This document shows positions 10,237-19,966 of a DNA stretch of 32,000 nucleotides, in pieces. Under the pieces are notes generated by a model that worked only from the letters and a program-made list of their open reading frames with translations, did not search any database and was not told where the DNA came from. The position numbers and the translations under genes are program-made. This stretch comes from Candidatus Saccharimonadota bacterium (GTDB lineage Bacteria; Patescibacteriota; Gracilibacteria; BD1-5; UBA2023). The DNA is taken from positions 180,001-212,000 of the forward strand of contig OY970170.1 in assembly GCA_963706795.1 (NCBI GenBank). Direction: 5' to 3'. How positions within the stretch are numbered: the stretch's first letter is position 1; every line of letters starts with the position of its first letter.

Positions 10237-11202
10237 TTAGAGAGTACACAAATAACCAATAAGTCAATCGTTCCGACGGGCTAAAATTATACTACTTCAT
10301 ACAAAGAAAAATCCCCGACAAGTCGGGGATTTTTTAAAACGAGATACCTCTCAATGTCCAAATAATTCAAACATGAGAAGCGTGCGTATTTGATCAAATA
10401 GACGCACTTTGATCTCCAGATTTATCGGAACAGCCGCACACCTTGCAGCATGACGGACAGTATAGAGGGGATGTTCTGCCATAAGAGAGATAAACTCTTT
10501 TGGTAGATTTTTTTGTTCCTGAAGCACCAAGACAAGAAGTGCGGGGAGAACTTCTTTTATCTTATCGGTATTTGCATGCTTCGTTACACCAATGATCCAT
10601 TCTGTCGCACATGGTAGGTACCATGATTTCGAGAGTCCAGTCGCATAGGCATTGACGATGAACTCTTGGCAATCCTTCACATGATCAATACGCAGACCGT
10701 GCGAAGTACTTGCATGTGCAAAAATGAAGTTAATCTTCGAGTAATCCTTCTGGCGAATGATATATCTCTCATAAAAACCGCTTACAAAGCCTCCGTTTAA
10801 GTCTTGATTCATCATCAATGCTTCATCAATTGAGGGCTCATGACGAGCGAAGAGCGTACTCATCAAAGAGGGCAACCTGTGTGCATGAGTTGCCAGAACA
10901 CGGTTGAGATGAAGAGGTAACCCACCAATAAAACAAGTGTTGCCTGGTATTGCCAAATCACCCAAGAGTTCTACCGGTGTAGCAGGATAGTGAATCAAAG
11001 CTGAGACAACTTCCAGGCTTTTATACTTTTTGAGTAGTTTTGCCACTCTCCAGAGCACATGCACAGAAGAAACTCTGTATTCTTTCAGTAAATTCATCTG
11101 GTCAGTTACTGCCTGAGTTCGTGCGACTTTATATGCAAAATGCACAAATTCCTCTTCCTCATGACCGAGCCCCTTGAGCATCGAGGACAATTCTGATTCC
11201 AT
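10237..11202 (-). CDS. alpha-solenoid (LRV/HEAT-like) repeat protein, paralog 2, function unknown
   Basis: AAAGGAAG lies 4 nt upstream of the ATG at 11202. It aligns with paralog 1 (EEEEFVHFAYKVARTQ, LIHYPATPVELLGDLAIPGNT, NLPKEFI, YTVRHAARCAA). The 283-codon body ends at TGA 10351-10353. The table 25 frame continues through the hairpin to TAA 10237-10239. Confidence 0.65.
10303..10336 (-). terminator. rho-independent terminator after paralog 2
   Basis: ATCCCCGAC-AA-GTCGGGGAT flanked by A- and T-runs. The stem sequence is nearly the same as at 9324..9353. Confidence 0.75.
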
Positions 11203-11322
11203 GGTACTTCCTTTCTATTTGTTTTGATATGCTTGAATTTTAACTTCAGCTGTTTTTGAGCTGATGTACTTTGTGATAGTACGTAAAATCGACAAAAGTC
11301 AACGCGGGTGACAAGACGATAA

Positions 11323-11706
11323 TTATTCTTTTTTCATTGAATCTTGGACCGCTTTTATCATCTCAGGAGTGATATTCGGAGTAATCGTGGCAGAGCTTCC
11401 CGATGCTTCGCTTCAATCACTTGATCGCTTCGGCAACGCCATATTTTTAAGGACATCGCCCATGATGTCATTGACGATCGGCGTGACAAATTCGGAGAAC
11501 TTTTGTCGGACAGTAGACATGATCCGAGCCTTCTGCTCTGCGTTTTCGGGAAGCGAAAAATAGTGGTAGCCGTAGATTGCTAAAATCACGAGCAAGACCC
11601 GTACAAAAATACCAAAATTTCGAGCTCGCTGATTGGCAACGAGCATGCTGTGGATATGGTCGATCTTTTCGGATTCGGAGAGATCGCTTTGGGAGTATTT
11701 ATACAT
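11323..11706 (-). CDS. hypothetical single-pass membrane protein
   Basis: This is the C-terminal part of ORF 11413..12162. The N-terminal part of that ORF is antisense to atpD and was discarded. Candidate starts are ATG 11706 or 11835. TM segment FGIFVRVLLVILAIYGYHYF. In-frame TGA at 11413, then a Ser/Thr-rich tail to TAA 11323-11325. Confidence 0.45.
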
Positions 11707-11765
11707 GCCAAAAATTCTAGCGAAGGCGGCCAAAAAAACAAAAACATATTCTTTATAAAAAATGT

Positions 11766-11793
11766 TTGAGTAAGCGCTTGTTTTCCATATAAT
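11766..11793 (+). promoter_or_regulatory. candidate promoter of atpD-atpC
   Basis: TTGAGT, 16 nt, TATAAT, ending about 36 nt upstream of the atpD ATG, in an AT-rich stretch. Confidence 0.45.
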
Positions 11794-11808
11794 TTGCCCG
11801 TTTTCTAA

Positions 11809-13236
<1,428 letters not shown>

Positions 13237-13238
13237 GC

Positions 13239-13652
13239 ATGAAATTTACTCTCACTTCCATTACCGGTATCGCCCTCTCAACCGAAGCACTCGAGTCTCT
13301 CACGATTCCTACGCTCGATGGTATTATTACCGTGCTTCCTGGACATATGGCGCTCATTACTGCTCTTAAACCAGGTGTGCTCGATATTGCATATGAAGGC
13401 AAGAAGACGAAATTCGCCGTTGGTGGTGGAGTTCTTGAGACTGACGGACAAGAAGTTCGCATTATTGCTGACATGGTCGAAGACGGTGGTCATGATCTCG
13501 CTGCAATCAGTGTACGCAAAAGTGAAGCCGAAAAGCTCATGGCTGAGTACAGAGCAAAAGGAGATGCTATCTCTATGGATGCACTTCTTGATCTCGAACA
13601 ACAGTATCTCAAGGATTCTGCTCGAGAACAACTCGCCGCATCTCATCGATAA
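13239..13652 (+). CDS. atpC: F0F1 ATP synthase subunit epsilon
   Basis: 137 aa, starting 2 nt after the atpD stop. Beta-sandwich plus helical hairpin pattern typical of epsilon. Confidence 0.85.
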   Translation: MKFTLTSITGIALSTEALESLTIPTLDGIITVLPGHMALITALKPGVLDIAYEGKKTKFAVGGGVLETDGQEVRIIADMVEDGGHDLAAISVRKSEAEKLMAEYRAKGDAISMDALLDLEQQYLKDSAREQLAASHR

Positions 13653-13656
13653 AACA

Positions 13657-13688
13657 AAAAAACCTGCTTCACAAAGCAGGTTTTTTTG
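13657..13688 (+). terminator. rho-independent terminator of atpD-atpC
   Basis: ACCTGCTT-CACA-AAGCAGGT followed by T7. Confidence 0.85.
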
Positions 13689-13763
13689 TAGTTTTTGCTC
13701 GGTCGCACCATCCTGAGCGATGGCGCCAGGGCAGACAATGAGGATCACAATATATGACGTATT

Positions 13764-13788
13764 AAAAAAGAGCCGACGGCTCTTTTTT
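13764..13788. terminator. rho-independent terminator of hflX (bidirectional shape)
   Basis: A6-GAGCC-GAC-GGCTC-T6. The hflX TAA (13787-13789) lies at its edge. Confidence 0.7.
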
Positions 13789-14887
13789 AATACAGTAATT
13801 CAACAATTCTCTGTTTAAGATGATCAATCCCCTCTCAACTATATGCTGAGACAAATTCAGGATCCATATGAGCAAAGGACATTCGCTGATTCATGACTAC
13901 TCCACAGTCCAGTCCATCGATCTTATTCAGTACGAAGAGCCTTGGCTGCACAGCTCCAATTTTGAGAAGCATTTCATCGACCACTTCCATTTTGCGTAAA
14001 ATATCAGGATCTCCCGCATCTACAACATGCAAGAGCAGATCTGCCTCGATAGAGTCCTCAAGTGTAGAAGAGAACGCTGCAATGAGATCCGGTGGCAGAT
14101 CTCGGATAAATCCAATCGTATCATTTACGAGCACTTCCACTCCTCGTCCGTCTTCTGTTGGCACGAACATCTTTCCAACAGATGTTCCGAGAGTCGCAAA
14201 GAGTTTGTCTTCGGCAAGAACTCATTTGTGGGTCAAAGTATTCATGAGGGTAGATTTGCCCGCATTCGTATAGCCAACAATCCCAACGGTTGAGAATCCC
14301 TGACGTTTGCGACGTTTGCGATGTTGCGCTCGCGTACGCTCGTAGACTTCGAGTTTTTCGTGAATTTTTTGTGCCTGTTCACGGAGATGACGCTTCATGA
14401 TTTCGGTGTTGGTTTCTCCTTGTCCCTTGGCGTTTTTAGAGCCTCCTCACTGACGTGAAAGATCCATTCCCATTCCATAAATACGCGGCCCCATATGTTT
14501 GATACTCGCAAGCTCGATTTGGAGTTTTGCCTCAGGACTATTCGCATGCTGTGCAAATATTTTGAGGATCAAATCCACTCGATCCCACGCCTGCATTTTG
14601 GACTTCTGCTTGCGTAAAATCTCATTTACTTGGTAGATCTGTGCTGGTTTGAGGATATTTCCAATAATCAAAAGCTCCGCACCGAGTTCATCACCCATTG
14701 CGATAATTTCTTCGAGTTTTCAGGATCAGACATAGGTTCTGTAGTCAGGAGTATCACGCTTTTGAAGCTCTTCGATAATCGTGATCCCACCATAAGTCGA
14801 GACTAAAGAAGCAAGCTCCATCATGCGGATATCGAGGTCAGCTTTTTGGACGCTCGGTGGCGCTACATCAAGAATTATTGTTTTCAT
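13787..14887 (-). CDS. hflX: GTPase HflX
   Basis: ORFs 14726..14932, 14447..14698 and 13835..14170 are in one frame. In-frame TGA codons are at 14726, 14720, 14447, 14222 and 13835. Joined sequence reads YV-G-S-G-KLEEI, GGGSKNAKGQGETNTE, P-loop GYTNAGKST, NKID, and C-terminus SAYS-G-EGIDHLKQRIVELLY then TAA. Confidence 0.9.
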
Positions 14888-14953
14888 GCAATCAGTTAGT
14901 TTGACATTTTGTATTTTTGAAGATGATATCAATCATCATTTTAGCGCAAGTGT

Positions 14954-15571
14954 ATGCGAAATTACACAGGATCAAATATGAATACTGAAGTTAACGAGGC
15001 TCCACACTCTGCGAAACAAAACGAGACCCCATATCCTCAGGGTTCAGAGTTACTGAGTTTTCAGGTAGCAGTTGCCGATATCCTTGCTCGACACGAACTC
15101 GATGCCGAGCGTCCACTCAGTCGCGGAGAATACAAAGCCTGGAAGGCCCCAAAGACTGTATTGTCTGAGTTTTCTGAACTAGAAGATGCCCCTACCGAGT
15201 TGGTTAATCCTCCTATTGAACCACAGGAACCAAATAGTGAACCAGAAAAGGAGATTATCTTAGAGGTAATAGAAGAGGATCCCATCTCACCAATACGACC
15301 TACTGACAGAGAAATTTGAAAAAGTCGTATTCAGTTCGAAAATGCCATTAAATTAGGTGTGTATGTCGATGCCGTGAGTATCTTGGAAGAGTCAGGGGGC
15401 TTTATTTTCTTGCTCGACAATAAAAGAGATCTCGAAGATTTACTGGATACTATCGAATATTTAAGAGCAAAGGCACGAGTTGGTTCTTATGATTTTAAGA
15501 GACTTGTCGTTCTTAAAGAGGGTATTCAAAAGGCTGCCGATCAGCTCAATACAAAAAAACTGAGCAGGTAA
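14954..15571 (+). CDS. hypothetical protein with acidic Pro/Glu-rich centre
   Basis: ORFs 14954..15319 and 15359..15571 are in one frame and joined across TGA 15317-15319. TAA stop followed by a strong terminator. An alternative start is ATG 14978. Confidence 0.55.
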
Positions 15572-15584
15572 TTAGATTCCTCCT

Positions 15585-15618
15585 AAAAAACCCTCATCAA
15601 TATTGATGAGGGTTTTTT
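15585..15618. terminator. bidirectional rho-independent terminator
   Basis: Perfect palindrome AAAAAACCCTCATCAATATTGATGAGGGTTTTTT between convergent genes. Confidence 0.85.
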
Positions 15619-16354
15619 AATGAGCCACAAAAAAATATGGAAGCTTTGTATCGATTCGAAATCCCTCACCACTTACCAAAGAATATGCAGTCGAAGGTCC
15701 GCCATCGAGATTAAGAAGCGTCTCAACTTGTGGATTATGCGCGAGTACTTCCGATGCAAAACCCCTCAGTGAAATGGGAGTTTTCGTTGCATACCATGAA
15801 ATTTTTCCAGTTCGATCGATCGCAATAGCCGTGCGTTCATGAGGCTCACTCGCGTGCCAACTCGCCCTATCAGAGACTGCAACTGCACCCGAAGATACTA
15901 GTAGCGGACCTGCCTGAAAGGCATATTTTGTATTTTCTAACTTGGATATAGCGACCTTCTCTCGAGCAATAATCATCGCACCTGTAGCCGTAGATACAAA
16001 AAAATGTGAGAGATTTGGGTCTTGCATATCTACGGTTCCTTGGATTTTTCATGTGATCACCAACGCTCCTGCAGGCACAAAATTATGGACTTGGTCATAG
16101 CCAAAATATGGACCATTTATCAAAAAAGCTCATGTGCCATACTGAGATCGCAGATCTTTAATTCGAGTACCTTGAGGCTCAAAAATAAGCCGAAAAGTAT
16201 GCGCATCAACTGGACCAAAAGTCACAAAAGAACTCTCCACCACCGAAGTCATCGGCGCATCCACACTATGATTTCGAATTCCAAAAAATCCAACTATAAG
16301 TACAAAGCCCACAGTTGCATAGATATACACAAGCGTAGAAGCTTTTGTACTCAT
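15617..16354 (-). CDS. phosphodiester glycosidase family protein (NAGPA-like), N-terminal membrane anchor
   Basis: ORFs 16130..16354 and 15617..16027 are in one frame, with TGA at 16130 and 16049-16051. AFLINGPYFG and LLNLDGGPSTAY are motifs of this family. The start overlaps the trpS stop as TAATG. Confidence 0.7.
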
Positions 16355-17322
16355 TACACTCCTACAAGACGAGATACAATCTCCATTTTTGCATCGATGC
16401 GTGCATTCATTTTGAGTGCACCTTCAACAAGACGCTTTTCTACAAAATCGAGATTATTTTCGAGTTTCGCACGGGCTTCGTGAATAGGCCTGAGGAAATC
16501 GATAAGAATCTCGAGAAGTTCGAGCTTCGCATGTCCATAACCATAGCCTCCTGCAAGGTATTTTGCACGGATTTCTGCAGTCCGAATCGGATCAGCAAAG
16601 ACCTTGACGAGTGCAAAAATATTACAGGTTTCTGGATCTTTTGCTTCATCCACGCCCTTTGAATCCGTGACGATGGCCATCACTTTTTTCTTCATGGTTT
16701 TCTCGTCGTCGAATACTCCGATAAAATTATCGTAACTCTTGCTCATCTTGCGTCCATCAATCCCTGGAATGGTCGCTACACTTTCTTCGATATATTCTTG
16801 TGGAATTACAAAAATATCTTCGCCGTAAGCCTTATTAAAAGCACGAGCAATATCACGCGTCATCTCGAGATGTTGACGCTGATCCTGTCCTACTGGTACC
16901 ACATCAATATCGTAACCAATAATATCCGCCGCCATCAGAATTGGGTAGTTGAATACTCCCATATTGATATCTGAGTTTTTGGCTTCCGCATCCTTAAAGC
17001 TGTGCGCTCGAAGCATGAGTGAAAGCGGTGTGACATTAGCAAGAATCCAGTTGAGCTTTGGGATCGCATGGATGTCTGACTGCTTAAAAATCGTGATATC
17101 CGTATCTGGTCCGTGTACCGCAAGGTACGTAAGTGCAAGCTCCATAGTCTGAGCTCGAAGCTTCGCACCATCCTTCACACTTGTGAGAGCATGGAGATCC
17201 GCAATAAAAATCGCAGCATCATTGCCCTGCGCAAGTCTATCAAAAGGGAGTTCAGCACCAACGAGATTTCCGATATGGAGCTGGGCCCCTGTGGGTTTAA
17301 GACCGGTAATAATTTTTTTCAT
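16354..17322 (-). CDS. trpS: tryptophan--tRNA ligase
   Basis: 322 aa. N-terminal GLKPTGAQLHIGNLVGA (HIGH-type) and KMSKS. Size and N-terminal pattern fit TrpRS rather than TyrRS. Confidence 0.85.
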   Translation of the reverse strand: MKKIITGLKPTGAQLHIGNLVGAELPFDRLAQGNDAAIFIADLHALTSVKDGAKLRAQTMELALTYLAVHGPDTDITIFKQSDIHAIPKLNWILANVTPLSLMLRAHSFKDAEAKNSDINMGVFNYPILMAADIIGYDIDVVPVGQDQRQHLEMTRDIARAFNKAYGEDIFVIPQEYIEESVATIPGIDGRKMSKSYDNFIGVFDDEKTMKKKVMAIVTDSKGVDEAKDPETCNIFALVKVFADPIRTAEIRAKYLAGGYGYGHAKLELLEILIDFLRPIHEARAKLENNLDFVEKRLVEGALKMNARIDAKMEIVSRLVGV

Positions 17323-17511
17323 GGGGGTATAATAATGAGTGTTTCTGTTTTATAAAGGTGAGATTGTTGAACTCACACATAAAAGCTTCCAGTAAATATG
17401 CGAGGTGTTTGATTTTGAAGTCCGCCACCCTAGACGTCTCTCAGGTGCACACTGGATTGGTGGACGAAAAATTAATACCTCATATGTTTCCTCCTTGTTG
17501 ATTTCAGGTAC

Positions 17512-17536
17512 AAAAAAGCTATTCCGAAGAATAGCC
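17512..17536 (-). terminator. rho-independent terminator of topA
   Basis: On the - strand: GCTATTC-TTCG-GAATAGC followed by T6, about 20 nt after the topA TAA. Confidence 0.8.
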
Positions 17537-17556
17537 AATTCGCAATGTAGATGTTC

Positions 17557-19842
17557 TTATTCTTCCATTCCCTGCGTATCAGGAGGAAGCGGAGGCTCTG
17601 CTCCACCAATACCATTCGAGCCCATAGGCTCAAGATTGTCTTCTTCTCCATTTTTTGCATCCTTTGGAAGATTCTTCGCATTTTTACATTCTGGATAGGC
17701 AGAACAAGCGAGGAATGGGCCACGTTTAGAATTCTTGACGTGCATAATGCCAACTCCACATTTGTCACAGGTTTCTCCACCATATTTTTCTTCGAGTGGA
17801 GCAAGTTTTTGGTCTGGGACTTTCCCGATCCATTTAACCTCAGGATAGAGGCTTGATGCGAGGAATGGGCCAAATCGTCCATTTTTTACAACGATCGTTC
17901 CTCCAGCAGGACATTCTTTGCCTTCGTATTCAGCCTTGAGTTTTTCCATGTATTCGTTCTCGCCTGGCTTCACGATGTTTTCGATGAAGTCACATTCTGG
18001 ATATTTATTACATCCGATGAATCGACCTGACTTACTAAATTTGTAGACGAGCTCACCCTGTTCACATTTTGGACAGTTGCGACCGACCTTTTCTTGTACT
18101 TTTCCTTTGGTTTCCATGACTTTTTCGAGATCTTGTGAGAATTTCCCATAAAATCGCTCGAGCATTACCACCCATTCGAGATTTCCTTGTGCAACCTGGT
18201 CGAATTCTTGTTCGACTTTGGCTGTGAACTTATAGTCCATCATGTCAGGGAAATTGGCCTCGAGGAAGTCATTGACCGTGAATGCGATATCTGTTGGGGC
18301 AAGCTTCTTTTCGATCTTTTCTACATATCCACGTTCTACGATCGTTGAAATCGTTGGTGCATACGTTGCAGGACGACCAATTTCGTCGGCTTCGAGTTTT
18401 TTAACGAGCGCAGCTTCGGTGTATCGTGCAGGCGGCCTGGTAAACGACTGATCTCCACGGATAAACTGAGTCTTGATGATTTCACCTTCTGCAATAGCAG
18501 GAAGTGCCTTTGAATCCACCTCCTCTTCGTCGTCGTTTCCTTCAACGTAGAGCTTCATAAATCCTGGGAATTTCACGACTTCACCCTTTGATACCCAAAG
18601 TTCATTGTCAGCCTGTGCTGGAACAAACTGGTAGGTAGTGGTTTCAACGAGTGCTTCCTTCATCTGCGAAGCAACGGTACGTTCCCAGATGAGCTTGTAG
18701 AGACGAAGTTCTGACGACTCGAGTCCGATACTGTCTGGAGTTTTGTCCATATCAGTTGGACGGATCGCTTCGTGGGCTTCCTGAGCATTTGCCTGTTTCG
18801 TCTTGAATTTTCGCCCTTCGGGAAGTGAATATTCTTTACCGAATTGTTTCTCAATGAACGCCTTTGCAGCTCCGATCGCGAGATCTGAGAGATTTACCGA
18901 GTCGGTACGCATGTAGGTGATATGTCCATTCTGATAGAGACTCTGAGCAACGCTCATCGTTTGATTGAGGCTGTAACCGAGCTTGCGTGAAGCTTCCTGT
19001 TGGAGTGTAGAAGTTGTGAATGGCGCACCAGGAGTTCGAACGGATTCCTTCTTCTCAGCGTTCTCGAGCTTGAAATCGAGTGGGAGCTTGATCTCAGTAG
19101 AGAGTGTTCCCTTCTTCCCCTCCTTAAATACAAGAGTCGAAACATCCGCACCAAGGGCTGCAAGGAGCTTCTCGAGGTCGGCTCGGGTTTTGAGCTTTGC
19201 AACCTTTCCAGAGAGCTTTGCGAGTTCGATATCGAACTTGATCCCCGCAGACTCTGCCTGAGTCGTGATACGCCAAGACTCTTCTGGGACGAATGCCTTG
19301 ATCTCACGTTCGCGCTCCACAATGAGTTTCACTGCAACAGACTGTACGCGCCCTGCCGAAAGACCAGTCTTGATCTTCTGCCAAAGAACCGGTGAAACCT
19401 TAAAACCTACGAGTCGATCGAGGATACGTCGTGACTGTTGCGCATTGACGAGGTCGATATCGATCTTGCCTGGTTGTGCGAAAGATTTCACGATAGAATC
19501 CTTCGTGATTTCGTGATATACCACTCGCTGAGCTTTTGCAGGATCCAACTCAAGAACCTGACAAAGATGCCAAGCAATCGCTTCTCCTTCGCGGTCGGGG
19601 TCGGTCGCTAGGATGACATTATCAGCCTGTTTGGCGAGTTTTTTGAGCTCGTTAACGGTTTTCTTTTTTTCCTCGGAAATAACATAGGTCGGTTTAAAAC
19701 CGTTATCTATATCGATACCGAGGTTTTTCTTTTCTAGATCACGAATATGACCCATGGAAGCCTTCACTGTGAAGTCTTTTCCAAGGTATGATTCGATCTT
19801 CTTCCCCTTTGTTGGGGACTCTACTATTACAAGGTTCTTCAT
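17557..19842 (-). CDS. topA: DNA topoisomerase I with C-terminal zinc-ribbon repeats
   Basis: 761 aa. N-terminal Toprim (LVIVESPTKGKKI), active-site region ITYMRTDS, and several CxxC...CxxC fingers in the C-terminal part. No in-frame TGA. Confidence 0.95.
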   Translation of the reverse strand: MKNLVIVESPTKGKKIESYLGKDFTVKASMGHIRDLEKKNLGIDIDNGFKPTYVISEEKKKTVNELKKLAKQADNVILATDPDREGEAIAWHLCQVLELDPAKAQRVVYHEITKDSIVKSFAQPGKIDIDLVNAQQSRRILDRLVGFKVSPVLWQKIKTGLSAGRVQSVAVKLIVEREREIKAFVPEESWRITTQAESAGIKFDIELAKLSGKVAKLKTRADLEKLLAALGADVSTLVFKEGKKGTLSTEIKLPLDFKLENAEKKESVRTPGAPFTTSTLQQEASRKLGYSLNQTMSVAQSLYQNGHITYMRTDSVNLSDLAIGAAKAFIEKQFGKEYSLPEGRKFKTKQANAQEAHEAIRPTDMDKTPDSIGLESSELRLYKLIWERTVASQMKEALVETTTYQFVPAQADNELWVSKGEVVKFPGFMKLYVEGNDDEEEVDSKALPAIAEGEIIKTQFIRGDQSFTRPPARYTEAALVKKLEADEIGRPATYAPTISTIVERGYVEKIEKKLAPTDIAFTVNDFLEANFPDMMDYKFTAKVEQEFDQVAQGNLEWVVMLERFYGKFSQDLEKVMETKGKVQEKVGRNCPKCEQGELVYKFSKSGRFIGCNKYPECDFIENIVKPGENEYMEKLKAEYEGKECPAGGTIVVKNGRFGPFLASSLYPEVKWIGKVPDQKLAPLEEKYGGETCDKCGVGIMHVKNSKRGPFLACSAYPECKNAKNLPKDAKNGEEDNLEPMGSNGIGGAEPPLPPDTQGMEE

Positions 19843-19910
19843 ATGGGCCAGAGCCTACCAAGCATACCGGCTTTGTCAAAACTTTCACCAAAACAGTTTC
19901 CTTTTTGCAC

Positions 19911-19939
19911 TTGACCCAGAGAATAAAGTCTCCTACAAT
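19911..19939 (+). promoter_or_regulatory. candidate promoter of the pilin-like gene
   Basis: TTGACC, 17 nt, TACAAT, ending 27 nt upstream of the ATG at 19967. Confidence 0.5.
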
Positions 19940-19966
19940 CTAGCAAAATCAGAACCTTCCTCATAT

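Noticed and set aside
9331-10353. TGA followed by a hairpin at the ends of the two paralogs could be read as a selenocysteine codon plus bacterial SECIS element.
   Set aside because: The hairpins carry A/T-run flanks typical of intrinsic terminators, and one also terminates rnhA. No Sec-related context (redox motif, selA/B/D) is visible, and UGA is demonstrably Gly elsewhere.
13689-13763. About 75-nt spacer between the atpC and hflX terminators containing a 7/8-bp hairpin (GCACCATC…GATGGCGC), considered as a small RNA or tRNA.
   Set aside because: It has no tRNA features (no GTTCRANNC T-loop, no acceptor pairing), no promoter, and the hairpin is weak. It is probably just convergent-gene spacer.
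17323-17511. T-box riboswitch upstream of trpS (AGGGTGGC resembles the T-box core with UGGC matching a GCCA tRNA end; AGAGA and UGGA are also present).
   Set aside because: The elements are in the wrong order and spacing for a T-box. AGAGA directly abuts the GGGUGG element, and the only UGGA lies downstream of it. There is no convincing Stem I or terminator/antiterminator pair. The region is kept only as an unclassified leader.
17350-17538. 62-aa ORF on the minus strand between topA and trpS.
   Set aside because: It starts at a TTG inside the topA terminator stem, has no recognisable sequence, and its reading frame runs through the structured leader. It is most likely non-coding.
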